A stretch of DNA of 63,994 nt, the filler included, from Olpidium bornovanus S191 (Eukaryota; Fungi; Olpidiomycota), in assembly GCA_017911155.1 (NCBI GenBank). It is 33 parts of 33 records of this genome, joined end to end, with 100 filler letters (N's around TTAATTAATTAA, not from the genome) between each part and the next. Parts side by side here need not be neighbours in the genome. Positions count along the whole stretch, not along the records: positions 33,727 to 35,854 come from JAEFCI010007244.1; positions 35,955 to 38,338 come from JAEFCI010002618.1; positions 38,439 to 41,011 come from JAEFCI010001114.1; positions 41,112 to 42,462 come from JAEFCI010000194.1; positions 42,563 to 44,679 come from JAEFCI010002420.1; positions 44,780 to 46,531 come from JAEFCI010000784.1; positions 46,632 to 47,792 come from JAEFCI010007899.1; 26 more parts are not named here. One strand, 5' to 3'. The position numbers and the translations under genes were made by a program. This document shows, in pieces, positions 35,385 through 47,023 of this stretch. Position 1 is the first letter of the stretch. Every line of letters begins with the position of its first letter. The notes under the pieces were generated by a model that searched no databases, was not told where the DNA came from, and saw nothing but the letters and a program-made list of their open reading frames with translations.

Positions 35385-35764
35385 TTTTTGGGGGGGGGGG
35401 GGGGGGGGGGGGGGGGGTTGGGCGAGAGAGGGTGGGGTGGCGGAAAGTCGGTGCGTTTTTTTCGCGGGTCAATCGGAATGCCCTTTCTCGCCGCGGGCAA
35501 ATTATTCTTTCTTTTCTTCTTTTCTTTTTTTTTCCTTCGGAGAAGTGTCGCTCTCGGGGGGGGGAGGAGGAAAAAAAAAAAATAAAGGGATCGGCGGCCG
35601 TCTTCCCCGCCCTCCCCCGGCCCGCCCGCCCGCGGCCTCACTCCTCCTCGTCCTCCTCCTCCCCCGCCCGCCCATCGCCCGCCCTCCGCCGATTGATTGC
35701 CCGCTCCTCTCGACGCCGATCCCCTCTCTCTCTCCTCGCGCAGCCCGACCAACCGCCGCGCCTT

Positions 35765-35810
<46 letters not shown>

Positions 35811-35814
35811 ACAC

Positions 35815-35854
<40 letters not shown>

Positions 35855-36273
35855 NNNNNNNNNNNNNNNNNNNNNNNNNNNNNNNNNNNNNNNNNNNNTT
35901 AATTAATTAANNNNNNNNNNNNNNNNNNNNNNNNNNNNNNNNNNNNNNNNNNNNCCCCCCCCCCTCCCCAACGCCCAATCCTACCCCTTTCCCTCCGTTT
36001 TTGTGTCCCCAAGCGTCTGGACGCCATCCGCTGCGCGAACGCCAACGACATCCGGTCGTGTTACGAGTTGATGCGGAAGGCCTGGGGACGTGAAGGCGCT
36101 GTCCGCGAACGCCTGATCCAAGTGGGTTCACGCCGTCGTCGTCCTCCGCAAATCGTTCGCAACGTTTGCGTCTAATTGATTTCGTTTTCGAACAAACTCT
36201 CCCCCACCCCACCACCATCACCACCACCAACCTCCATCGCGTTTTCGCCGGCCTCGCGGCTTCCTTCCCAACA

Positions 36274-37217
36274 GCCGGTGCGAGATCACGGCGGCCTTCC
36301 GTTGCAAAAGCTGATCGAGGCCCAGTTCCTGCCGCGACACCGCGAGTTCCAACCTGAACCGAACGTGGAATACTCTCCGCGCAAACTGCAGTCGGCGCGG
36401 ATAAAGCACCGGCTGAAACTGCTGAGTGATCTGCTGCCGCCCGTGCCTTACGCATGGCGGGCGCAGCTGGAGAGGCTGGCGGCCCGCGGCCCTCCGGACG
36501 CGGGGTCGGTGCACCCCCGCGCAACGCAGCTGAGGAAAGAAGTGTACAGGAAATTGCTGGATGAAACGCCGGTGTTCATGACTGTCTCCGACGCCAATGA
36601 TTCTGACAAGCGGGAAGAAGTGCCGGACGGTGGCGGCGTCGGTGTGTGCACGCGCGAGATGTTTCTCCCTTTTGCTTGGCGTCCTTCAATTTTTTTTCTC
36701 CGCATTCGCACGTCGCCTGACGCCCGCCGCCTCGCGGCGGCCACTTTTTGCTCTCCCAGCCGCCTCGCCGGCTAGATGCGGCGGATTGGGTGAACCAGCA
36801 GAGGCCGCACCGCGTCCGCGTGCACCCGAACGCGAACCCGCCCCCGATGTTGCCGTCAAACCCAACTTTATGTTTAACTTCTCTAAAAAATGGAACGTCT
36901 TTCCCCTGGACGTCGCGCCGTTCATTCCCGGGCGGCCGCGAGGGAAGCCTCTCCCGCCGGGCGAAGCCGTCCTGCAAGAGGCGCTGGCCATGGGCTTGCA
37001 ACTTGCCGTCGGGAGGTCGCGGCTGTCCGTCACAGCCTTTGCCATGAAGGGCAAACCGCAAATTCGACCCGTGCACCTTTGGGGCTTCGACCCGGACTAC
37101 GAAGAGGGGGACGACGCAGGGCCGAGAAGAAGGAGGAAAGTCAGGCAACGGAGAAAGCGGGTCAGACGCGGAAGGTTCACGCAAGCAGAGGGTCTAGCTT
37201 TCGCCGAGAGGGCCTTG
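36274..37217 (+). CDS. Hypothetical protein, two large exons
   Basis: Exon ~36274-36629 (PVRDHGGLPLQKLIEAQFLP...RKLLDETPVFM) and exon ~36760-37217 (KPNFMFNFSKKWNVFPLDVAPFIPG...VHLWGFDPDY) with plausible GT-AG boundaries. Family not recognised. Confidence 0.55.
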
Positions 37218-37851
37218 CTGTATGCTCCTTCCCACACACACACACACACCCCTCCCCAGAGCACGTAGACGTCTTCCTGCCGGGCGTACCTTCTCGGAGC
37301 CATATCGCGCAAAAGTTGGGAAGGCCAGCTGTCCGGCGGGTGCGACGATAGAATAAACCGTGGGGCACGAGCAAGCGCTCTCCACGCGGCACCCGATCGG
37401 TTTGCAATTCCTCCACTGGATTTGAAGCCACCGCATTTTTGTACCGGCAGTAATTCGATAGAAATAAACCTCGCTTTCGAATAATTTTGGAACCGGTGGC
37501 TGGCGAGTCTGGTTGTCGACAAGGCCACGAGAAAAGGATGGTGGGCTCACGAAGAGAGGCAATTGTCCGACCTTTTGACAGACAATCCAATCTAGAAGGT
37601 GTGTGCGTGCGTGTGTTTTTGAATTGGAGGTGGGGAAACGTGGAGGAATAAAAGAGTTTCCTGCTTTCTGAATACAGCGGCACGGAGGCGCCCGCAGACT
37701 CTGCCAAAATCCACTTTAAAAAAGGAAGAAAAAACTTTCCGCTGTGTGGGAGGGAGTGGGGGAGATCGGGGGAGGAGGGGGGGGGGGGACCGGAGTTCGG
37801 TTTTTTATTTTTTAATCTTTTTCCCGTTCTTCGAATTCACCGGGCCCCCTC

Positions 37852-38270
37852 TCAGGCCGGCACGGCGGAGTTCGGCGCGGCGGCGGTGTACTCGAGGCGC
37901 TGCAAGGAAAGAAGAACGAGGGGGGCAGGGGGGGAAATGTTAGGGACAGAACAAAAAAAAAAGTAAAAAACTGAAGCCGGGGAGAAAGAGATTTTCCGTG
38001 TTTTTTTTTTTTTTTTTTTGAGCGGCGGCTCCGCCTCCTTTTGTTCCCCTTCCCCTCGTCCGGGCGGTAAAGGAAGAGAGGGGCGGTGCCCGGGGAAACG
38101 GGAACAAAAGAACAAAAAAAAAAAGAAAAGAAAGAAACCGCCCCGCTAAAGTTCAAGAGAGCTGCGGGGCGCACCTGGGTCGGCAGAGCGTAGTGGATCT
38201 CGAGGTCTTCCATGGCCCGCTTGAGCGCGTACATGAACTTGTTCCTGCGCTCGGCGCGCTTTTGCCCGTC
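37852..38270 (-). CDS. MscS-like mechanosensitive channel (Msy-type), last two exons
   Basis: Exon 38270-38175 encodes DGQKRAERRNKFMYALKRAMEDLEIHYALPTQ and exon 37899-37852 encodes RLEYTAAAPNSAVPA*. RRNKFMxALKx(4)LxIxYxLP is the eukaryotic MscS C-terminal motif. Confidence 0.78.
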
Positions 38271-40341
38271 CTGGGAAGCGGTGTCGGGGGGGGGGGGGGG
38301 GGGGGGAAAAAAGGGGGTGGGGGGGGAAAGGGGGGGGGNNNNNNNNNNNNNNNNNNNNNNNNNNNNNNNNNNNNNNNNNNNNTTAATTAATTAANNNNNN
38401 NNNNNNNNNNNNNNNNNNNNNNNNNNNNNNNNNNNNNNCCTGCTAGCGCGGCGCACCCCCCCGCGCGGGGTGTCGGGCCGGGGAGGCCGCGTTTTAAAGG
38501 AAACCCCGCGGCTCCCTTTTTCTCCCCCGCCCCTCCCCCCCCCCCCCCCCCCTCCCACCACCCGGCAAAGCCCTTCGGCAGGTTTCTCGCGTTGAGCCGT
38601 GGATTTTCGGACGCGGGCGCGTCCGAAAAAAAAACCCTCCTTTCTGGTTTCACCTCCGGCGTCCGAGCGAGAGGAGGTAAGTCGTTCCGTGGCTTTTTTT
38701 TTTTTTTACAAGTCGGGGAAAGGGCGCGGAGCAGAGTTTCGGACGCTTTTGCGCCGCGTTCCTTTCCGGGCCCGGGCGGTGGGTGACGCGACGGCCGCGC
38801 TTCGCGCCCGGCAAGCCGGCAGATCCCCCCCCCCTTCCCCCTTCCCCCGTAGTGCCCTTTCCGCGAGGGAGGAGTAGCGGGGCGATCTTCGCGTCAGAAT
38901 CGCTTGGCGGGGTGCGTGTAGACCTTAGCTCCTGGAGTAAAGCAGCTTGACCTTGTTTGTTGGAAGGGCCGTCGCTTCCAGCGCGGAAGCCAACAGGGAC
39001 CCCTCATCCTCTTCCCTCTTAAAAAGCGCGGAGCAAAGACGGCGGAGACAACGTTCAGTAGAAAAACATCGCAGCTCCCAGAATAAAATTCTCACCGTTG
39101 TCTCAAACCAAGAACCAGCGCAAGCGTAGCGTTGAACACACTCGCACGCACAGACATGTCACGTCGTGGCGACGCGCACAACGCTTGAGATTGCTCACAG
39201 AGGTTTGAAAAAGATTCATGATACCAATTTGAGATGCACGTATGGACATGATATGCATGCGCACATTACATTTTGGCGCTTTCTGTCAACTGTGCGGCAT
39301 ACCGAAACACAAAAAAAGAAAAAGAAAAAAAAGAAAATGTATGGCTTTGGCCAACTCCCCATGTCAGGACCTAGTGCAAACAGCAACATTTCATCCGGCC
39401 TTTCTCGACAGGGCAAGTAAGTGAGGACAAAGGGAGGCCAGCGCGCGGCAGAGCGATGCGAGAAAGGGCGATCTGGAACGCTAACATAACGGTGGCCCGT
39501 GTCATCCTCGTCCGGGCTGCCGGGCCGTAACCCCGCCCGCGGAAGCAGCGGCCGCGGCCGCACCGTCGCCGCGGGCCGCAATCGGCCCGCGAGCCGACGG
39601 AGTTTGGCGGGGCGACGGGGACATCCCCCCGTTTACCAATCTCCAGGCGCAGTCGCACAAGCGCGGGCAGCCGCGGCGACGGCGCGGAACTTTCGACGGG
39701 GGCCGGGCGCAGAAGACGAGGACCCGCGCGGACAGCGCTGCATATAAAAATGCCGGCACTTGGAGTCGGCGTGGGGTGTCCGGAGAGGAGGGCCGAGTGT
39801 CTGGACGCGCCCTTATCACGTTCTATTTTCTCTGAACTTCTTTTTGCGGGAAGGAGATGCGATTTTCGTGGGGAAGTGTCGCCCGGCGGCTTTGACCGGT
39901 CTCGCGGCGACCGTGTCCTCGACGTCGCCGAAGGGCTCAAAGGCGAAACGCCAGCGACGCGGAGTTGGGGCTCCAGGCTAGCGATGAAGACCTTGGCGGG
40001 GCACTTCGAGACAAAAAAAGGGGAAGTGGGGGGGGGGGGGGGGGGGGGAAGGAAAAACCCCGCGCTCCCGATTTCTGAAATCAACCCGCCGGCACAACTG
40101 CATAAATAAGTCGAAATTTACTTAGAAAAAAAAATGAAATAAAAAACGGCGGAAATAAAAAACAACTTTTGGGCAGTTTCCGTGGCAGAAAACAACGACC
40201 GGTCTGGCGCGGTGTAATTGATAATAAAGAATTGTTTAAGAGATTTCTATCAAACGGGTAACGACGGGGCGGCTTGCGCCGGAGCGCGGCGGGGAGGAGG
40301 GGGGGGGGGGGGGGAAAGGGGGGGGGGGGGGGGGGGTTGGG

Positions 40342-40374
<33 letters not shown>

Positions 40375-40829
40375 GTGAAAGGGGATAGGGTGGAGCGGCT
40401 TAGTCAATTAGTACGACGGAGATCGAAGACGGGAGCCGACTGGTTGGAAAACCCGCCTCGCCGAAAAAAAAAAAAGGCCAGCCGGCTGGAGGTTCAGGGC
40501 ATAAATACGACAGATATCGAAAACGGGGCGACCGGCGTCCCCCCACCCCCCTTTTCCCCGTCAACCCCCCCCCCAAGCCATCTTCCTGCCTTTCCTTTTT
40601 TTTTTTTTTTTTCGGCGACGGCAGATGGGGCGGTGGGGGAAAATTCCGGCCGGGGGGGGGGGGGCGAGAAACTTCCTCGCCGGCCGTCGACCCGCAAATA
40701 TTCTTGTTTCTTGTTTTTGCTGTTCTAGGTCCGCGAAGTGCTGGCCACGAAATATAGCGGGAGGTGACCGTAGACTTCGTCGAAGACCGCGCGGTTGTTC
40801 TCGCGCCGTTTGCCGCTGTGGACTCTTTT

Positions 40830-41011
40830 GAGTTCGCCGGCCGGCCGCTTGCCGCTGTAGGCCATTTTGGCTTCGCCGGCCGGCTGCTTACCGCTGAAGG
40901 CTCTTTTGGGTTCGCCGGCCGGCCGCTTGCCGCTGTAGGCCCTTTTGGCTTCGCCGGCCGGCCGCTTGCCGCTAAAGGCTCTTTTGGGTTTGCCGGCCGG
41001 CCACTTGCCGC
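40830..41011. repeat. 39-bp (13-codon) tandem repeat, about 4.7 visible copies
   Basis: The + frame reads (FAGRPLAAxGxFG)n and the - frame reads (AASGRPAxPKxPx)n. Truncated at the contig end. Confidence 0.92.
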
Positions 41012-41277
41012 NNNNNNNNNNNNNNNNNNNNNNNNNNNNNNNNNNNNNNNNNNNNTTAATTAATTAANNNNNNNNNNNNNNNNNNNNNNNNNNNNNNNNN
41101 NNNNNNNNNNNAAAACAGACGACCGGGGGGGGGGGGGGGGAAGAGGAAGGGGGGGGGGGGGGGGGGGGGGGGGGGAAAGGGGGGGGGGGGGGGGGGGGGG
41201 GGGGGAACGCGGTGAGGTACGCCGGGGGACCAGCGGCGGCACGCCGCGCCTGCCCGCGCTCGCCTTTCCGCTGTTAC

Positions 41278-41900
41278 CTCTCCAAGGAACCACGCCACAA
41301 GGTAGCCGAAAACGACCGCGTCGTTTGTTTCCGGGTCGGGGGGAAGCGGGACATGGCAGTCCCGGTAGAATTCGCCTTTCCAGGCGTCAAGCCGGTTGTA
41401 AGCAGACGCCAGATCGAACAGTACGACCTGCGGGGCGCCGTCGATGAGCCATCGGCCGTAGACGACGTTGACGCCTTGGGACGACATGGCGCTGATGGAC
41501 TCCTTCAGAGCGTGCTGTCTGACGTCCGTCAGGACCTCGACTTCTGCGCTGGCACACTTGTGGTTCAGCGGTCCGAGCAGGACGTAGCGGTTCCCAAACT
41601 CGGCGGCCGTGACGGGGACCTTGGATTTGATCACGGTGTATATCCCGCCAACTGGAATTTCGCGCGGTAAAACGAAGATCCCGTCAGACTGGAGAGGAAG
41701 ATGTACCGGTACCAAGGCACCCCAAAGCACCTTTGTTGGCCACCTCCCAGGCTATCTCGAAATTCACTGGGTGAACGACATCCCGGACCTGGTGGGTTTT
41801 TTCCGCGGCCGGTGCGGTTCCGTAAATCTCGTCACCCGGCAGGAAGAAGCCTCAGCAACCCGCTCTCCAAACGCCTGTTTCGGGGACAAACCTCGTCCAT
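41278..41900 (-). CDS. GSY1: Glycogen synthase (GT3), 5' exons
   Basis: MDE|VRDVVHPVNFEIAWEVANK|VGGIYTVIKSK...RYVLLGP...YGRWLIDGAPQVVLFD...ETNDAVVFGYLVAWFLGE. Confidence 0.95.
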
Positions 41901-42402
41901 TTTGTCCGGATCGTCCACTTTTTCAGGTTTCGATTGAGCTGGGGTTCGGGGGGGGGGGGGGGGGAAGGGGGTTGGACGAGGTGACGGGGCGTCGAGCGGT
42001 CGAAAGCGAAGAGGAAGAGGGGGAAGAGGGGGAAGCCGACCGGGAAAAACAAAACGCCAAGACCGGAAGCCGGGCGGGGCGAGGCAGACGTCAGCCGGTG
42101 CAAAATCCGCTCTGCCCGCGTGCAAGTTTTTTTCTTCTTTTTTTTCTAATTTGTTTATGACGATCTACGCCCACCACCGAGCAGGAACGCACGGCGGACA
42201 TAGGAAAAACGCAACCCTCCCGGCCGCCCGCGGCCGCGAGCACCCACGCACACCCTGCAGGGAAGGTTTTCGGCGGGGGGACGAGAGGCGCCGAAGCGCA
42301 GGCTGCTGCGTCTTTCTTCTTCTGAGTGGAGTGTGTGGTTGGGACAGCAGGAGTTCGCCGGGGGGGGGGGGGCGCGTTTGGGGGTTTTCTGCTTTTTTCC
42401 TT

Positions 42403-42456
<54 letters not shown>

Positions 42457-44104
42457 GGGGGGNNNNNNNNNNNNNNNNNNNNNNNNNNNNNNNNNNNNNN
42501 NNNNNNTTAATTAATTAANNNNNNNNNNNNNNNNNNNNNNNNNNNNNNNNNNNNNNNNNNNNAAGGAAAACCCAACACAAAAGCTAGAATAGCAAGCGCC
42601 AAGTCGCGAATACTTTTTCCCTGTTCTTGTACTTCTACTTCTTTAATAAAAGCAAAAAGAAAGACAAAGACTCCTAAAAGCTGTCTACTTGCAATTGAGC
42701 AGATCGATTAAAACGAAATTACCGCTTACTGCAATCAAGATATATAATAAATGGATCCAAGCATTCTGTGCTTTATATTATGTTACTCCATAATATGAAA
42801 TGGTGCATTACTGATGGGCATTCAAGACGAAAGGTCACCGCAGATGGTCCCGTCGACAGGCCGCCGCAAGGCTGGTCTGGTCGGAAGGATCCCCCCAAAT
42901 CCCAGGCGTCGATTCCGACGGCGCGTTTGCACCCCGTCACGAGGATGGCCCACCCGCCGCGTCAGGTTCGCGTTAAGCAGCGACGAGCAGCCGGCATAAT
43001 GTCTGTATAACCGAAAGTTGTCTTGGACAATGAAGTTTACATGGAAAGCCCGCAAAGCGCAGCCATCGACGCCCGCGCATGGAGGTGGACTCTTAAGAAA
43101 ACGCCGTGAATTGAGAATCCGTTTTCAGACGCTTTCTTGCACGCACGCGGAGAGTAGCCAAATATAAAAAAGTAATTATTGCTTTTCAGCGGTGTGAACA
43201 GACACTTTTCGAGGAGACAAGCGCTGTTTTTATACATTGGCGCTCTACAGGTGGTTTTCATTAGGAGGGAATCCGAAAACAAAAAAAGTCCCGCTTTAGG
43301 AAAACAAGCGGGCGCGTTGTATGCGGGTCTGCGTTGATAGGGAATGCAAAGAATCCAATGACAAAGAAGCAGGATCTACATGTCCGAGGCAAGTGCTCCC
43401 GGCCTAGTCCGAATACGAATGTAAAGTTACTTTTTCGATCACTTTGAGCCCAATCAAATTAAGGCCGCCTTAATCTATTAAAGGAGCATCGTTGTCCAAT
43501 TACTACATGTGCTTCCCTCTTCGGCTTGTAAGCGCTGGATACCGTCCGTTTTGGCATGGGCAGAGGGCGTCAGTATTGCAAACAATCCAGAGAACGAAGG
43601 GGCAAAAGAAAACATTTTGCAAAAGTGCGGATTTACTTTTTTTTTTTACCACGCGGGATAATGGAATCTTTGAGGCAACCCAACGCCCATAAACCGAGGC
43701 CGCCCGCAACCCTCCTCGGCACCTTACGCAGCGGCGAAGCATACGCGAAGGCTGGACACCGCCTCGAAACCCTGATCTTGCGGAGGCTAACCACATCGTC
43801 CATATTCGCCGAGGTCGCCGACCCTCTCCTCGGCACCCCGCGCAGCATCAAAGATTGTGCTAGGCTGGACACCGCCGCCTACGGGACCGGTGAGGGTCAG
43901 TGTTGCAAAACTCAAGCAAAACAAAAAACAGAAAAGAAAAAAAACTCTTAATCAACGCGTGTGCACTTCCCATTGGGAGGATCTTGAGAAAGATGATCCT
44001 GAGGGTGACCTAGACAGCGCGGGAAGATGTTAGTGTCGGGTGAACGACAAATAAAATACGGCGACGCACCGCCCCATTCCCACGACGCCCGCCCAAGCTG
44101 GAAC

Positions 44105-44310
44105 CGGTCTGCATGAACTATGTTATCATGCTCCCGCCGGGCAGCATGTGCCATGTTACTATGCCCCCTCTTATTCGGTCTGCATGTGCCATGTTACGAT
44201 GCTCCCGCTTTTCGGTCTGCATGAACATATGTTACCATGCTCCCGCTTATTATTTATTCCGAGCGGCATGTGCCATGTTACCTTTCCCCCCCCGGCCTGC
44301 ATGTACCTTT
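44105..44310. repeat. Degenerate ~35-50-bp minisatellite with (T)GCATG...ATGTTA cores, about 6 units
   Basis: Units start near 44105, 44144, 44176, 44213, 44264 and 44292, e.g. CGGTCTGCATGTGCCATGTTACGATGCTCCCGCT. Confidence 0.85.
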
Positions 44311-44419
44311 TCTGTTACACGCATCCGACCTCGCCCGCCATCCACACCCCAAGCCATCGTGTGTCCGCAGCGAGGTCCAAGTCCTGGAGAATACTTGGCG
44401 AAGGGCCTAACAAATGGAG

Positions 44420-44562
44420 GCGGAGGCACGAAACGAAGAAACGCGGAGGCACGAAAAGAACAGAAGCGGAGGAGCGAAACGAACGAACAGAGGCGGAGGG
44501 CGCGTAACGAGCAGAGGCGGAGGCGCGGAACGAAGAGGCGGCGGCGCGTAACGAACAGAGGC
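44420..44562. repeat. Purine-rich ~20-25-bp degenerate tandem repeat (GCGGAGGC..AACGAACAGA)
   Basis: About 6 imperfect units read directly from the sequence. Confidence 0.75.
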
Positions 44563-45119
44563 AAGGGCCGAAGTCAGCGCCCGGTGAGTTTCGCTTGAAG
44601 GAGAGGAGAGCGCTCCGCGCAGAACGGAAGAAAAAAAAAAAAGAGCAAGACTCACCCCCCTCCCCCCGCGTCCCCTTCTNNNNNNNNNNNNNNNNNNNNN
44701 NNNNNNNNNNNNNNNNNNNNNNNTTAATTAATTAANNNNNNNNNNNNNNNNNNNNNNNNNNNNNNNNNNNNNNNNNNNNCATGCGGTCCGTGACTCCGTC
44801 GACTTTGCGTCCGGCCCTTGCTTACCTGGCTGCGGTTGCTAGTCAGGATTCAGGGTGATCCGGGCCACCAACTTTGGCGCAAAGACCGACGAGCTGCTGG
44901 TGTCCGGTCCTACGGCATCGTCTTCGGCATCTTCTTTTTCCGCCAGGTCCGGCAGCGGGGCGGTCAAGTCCGGCGACGCCCACCAAACATTGGCGGACGG
45001 ATTCTTTGCCGGCAGGATTGGAAACTCGCCCTGGACGGTTTTCTGGCGAGCGCGGATTTTACCGGGGACAAAGTGATAAGCGGACCTTTCGTGTGGGCCG
45101 TATTACGCCGTGTACGGGC

Positions 45120-46187
45120 GGCCTCGGTGGAACGCGAGGCCGGAGCACCCACCACAGCCATCAGCAAGGCGTCGGTCGGCAGCGTCGCCGTGGCCAGAAG
45201 GAACTCTTCTGAGACCGACTTGGAAAAATTGGTTCCTGGGTTTGCGGAACGATGTGGGGGGCGGTGTGGGCGGCGGGAGGTGTGGGTGGGTTGAGGCGGA
45301 GTTGAAACACAACGGAACATTCCGGCCGGTTATTAAGGGGGATTGGAAAACGCCTTTTTCTTTCACCTTCGAAGCCGCTCTTTCCTTTCCTCTTGTTTGC
45401 CGCCGACCCCTTGGCGCCGCCGCCCCCGCCCTTGTACAGGTCCCGGGTGCTGCCTTTGACGTTCAGCTTGTTCGTGCTCCCCTTGTCCCTGCCGGTGCTC
45501 ACGTTCAGCTTGTTCGTGCTGCCCTTGTCCTTGCTGCCGGTGCTGCCGCTCAGCTTGTTCGAGCTGCCCTTTTCCCTTTCGCTTTTGCTGAGCACGCTCC
45601 CGCTCCTCTCCAGCTTGCTCTGGCTGGCCCTCGCAGACCGGCTGAGGGGCAACGCCTGGTTTCCCTTCTCCGAATCCGCGGCCCCGCCCGCGACGCCGGC
45701 GCCCGCTCCCGTTGCCGGGCCCGCAGCGGCGTCCGCCGGCTTCGGCTGCGAGTAAGTGTACCTCTTTCCGACGAGGCTGACATGCAGCGACCCTGTTGCG
45801 CGTCGCGTCGCGTCGCGTCGCGTCGTGCGTGCCGTGTGAGATGATGTTGTAATAGAAAATTTTCGTCGCGCGCGCGTCCGAAGCGCGCGCTTTCTCTCTC
45901 AACCACCCCCTTCTCCTCCACACACCCCCCCCCCAATAAAGTGGGCAGCCGGTCCCCGGGCGGACAAAGCGCCGCCGGGCCCTCCCACGCGCAACGGCCC
46001 CTCCTCGCCTACCGGCGATGGCGTCCCGCGTCTGCGCGTCGCACCGGATTTTCAGGCGCTGGCGGTAATCGAACTCGATGGTCGGGTCCAGCGGCTTTTC
46101 CTGCGAAGCTATCTGGTGCATCGCCGCCTCCGCCGCCGGGGCGCCGAACGCCGCCGTGATCGTACACGTGAACCTGGGGCGACGGCC

Positions 46188-46230
<43 letters not shown>

Positions 46231-46457
46231 AAAAAAAAAAAATTTTTGGGAGAAAGCCGCAAAACGCTCGTTTTAAGCATTTTTTTCATTTTGATTTTTA
46301 CCCCCGACGTAAGAACAACCGGGGTGAAGTGGGTGGCGAAAAAAAAAAGAAATTTTTTTTTACTCGTCGGGCGGCTTCTTCCCGTCGTCTGCGGAGCTTG
46401 GCCGTATGAGCATGTTCTCAATTCTCTCGAAGCACACTTCGATCAGGGCTTTGTCGT
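45120..46457 (-). CDS. Hypothetical multi-exon protein with a beta-rich region and a KGS(S/T)NKL repeat insert
   Basis: Spliceable exons: DKALIEVCFERIENMLI..; FTCTITAAFG...EFDYRQRLKIRCDAQTRDAIA|GSLHVSLVGKRYTYSQPKP...(KGSTNKL)x3...GFE|GTNFSKSVSEEFLLATATLPTDALL. Family not established. Confidence 0.55.
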
Positions 46458-47023
46458 CTGCCACAAAAAAAAAATCAAGGGTAATTGTAGTTCCGAGATA
46501 GAGGGCGGAAGCAATTGCCGGGGTCCAAAAANNNNNNNNNNNNNNNNNNNNNNNNNNNNNNNNNNNNNNNNNNNNTTAATTAATTAANNNNNNNNNNNNN
46601 NNNNNNNNNNNNNNNNNNNNNNNNNNNNNNNCATGAAACAGAGTTTCCTTGTATCTCCTACCTGCAAACACACAGCAAACCTACTTAGACAGCCTTTTCT
46701 AGAGGTTGGGTGTGGGCAAGAATGGGGTGGTGAGTGGAAGTTCTGGTCCTGGGGGTTTCTGCTTTTTGTTTTTTTTTTTTTTTGGTTTGGTTGGTTTGGT
46801 GGTTGGTTGGTTGGGTGGAGAGGCACTCAAATTTTCGCATTTTCGATTTTTTTTATTAATTGATTTTCCTCTAGTTTATACCTCCGGTACCTTTTCGGAT
46901 TCGCCTGCAACCGAGGCTATAAAGTTTCGGAGGGCTGTACTCTCCAGGCTCGGGGCGCGGCTGCTGCTGCAAAGGGGAAATCCGTCAGCTCCGCGCGGGC
47001 TCTGTGCTGGCTGAGAGGGGCGT

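Noticed and set aside
34949-35910. Long poly-Pro/poly-Gly ORFs (formin- or extensin-like), also at ~10100-10300, ~20430-20910 and ~59340-59470
   Set aside because: They are translations of C/G homopolymer runs at or near contig ends, with no associated domains.
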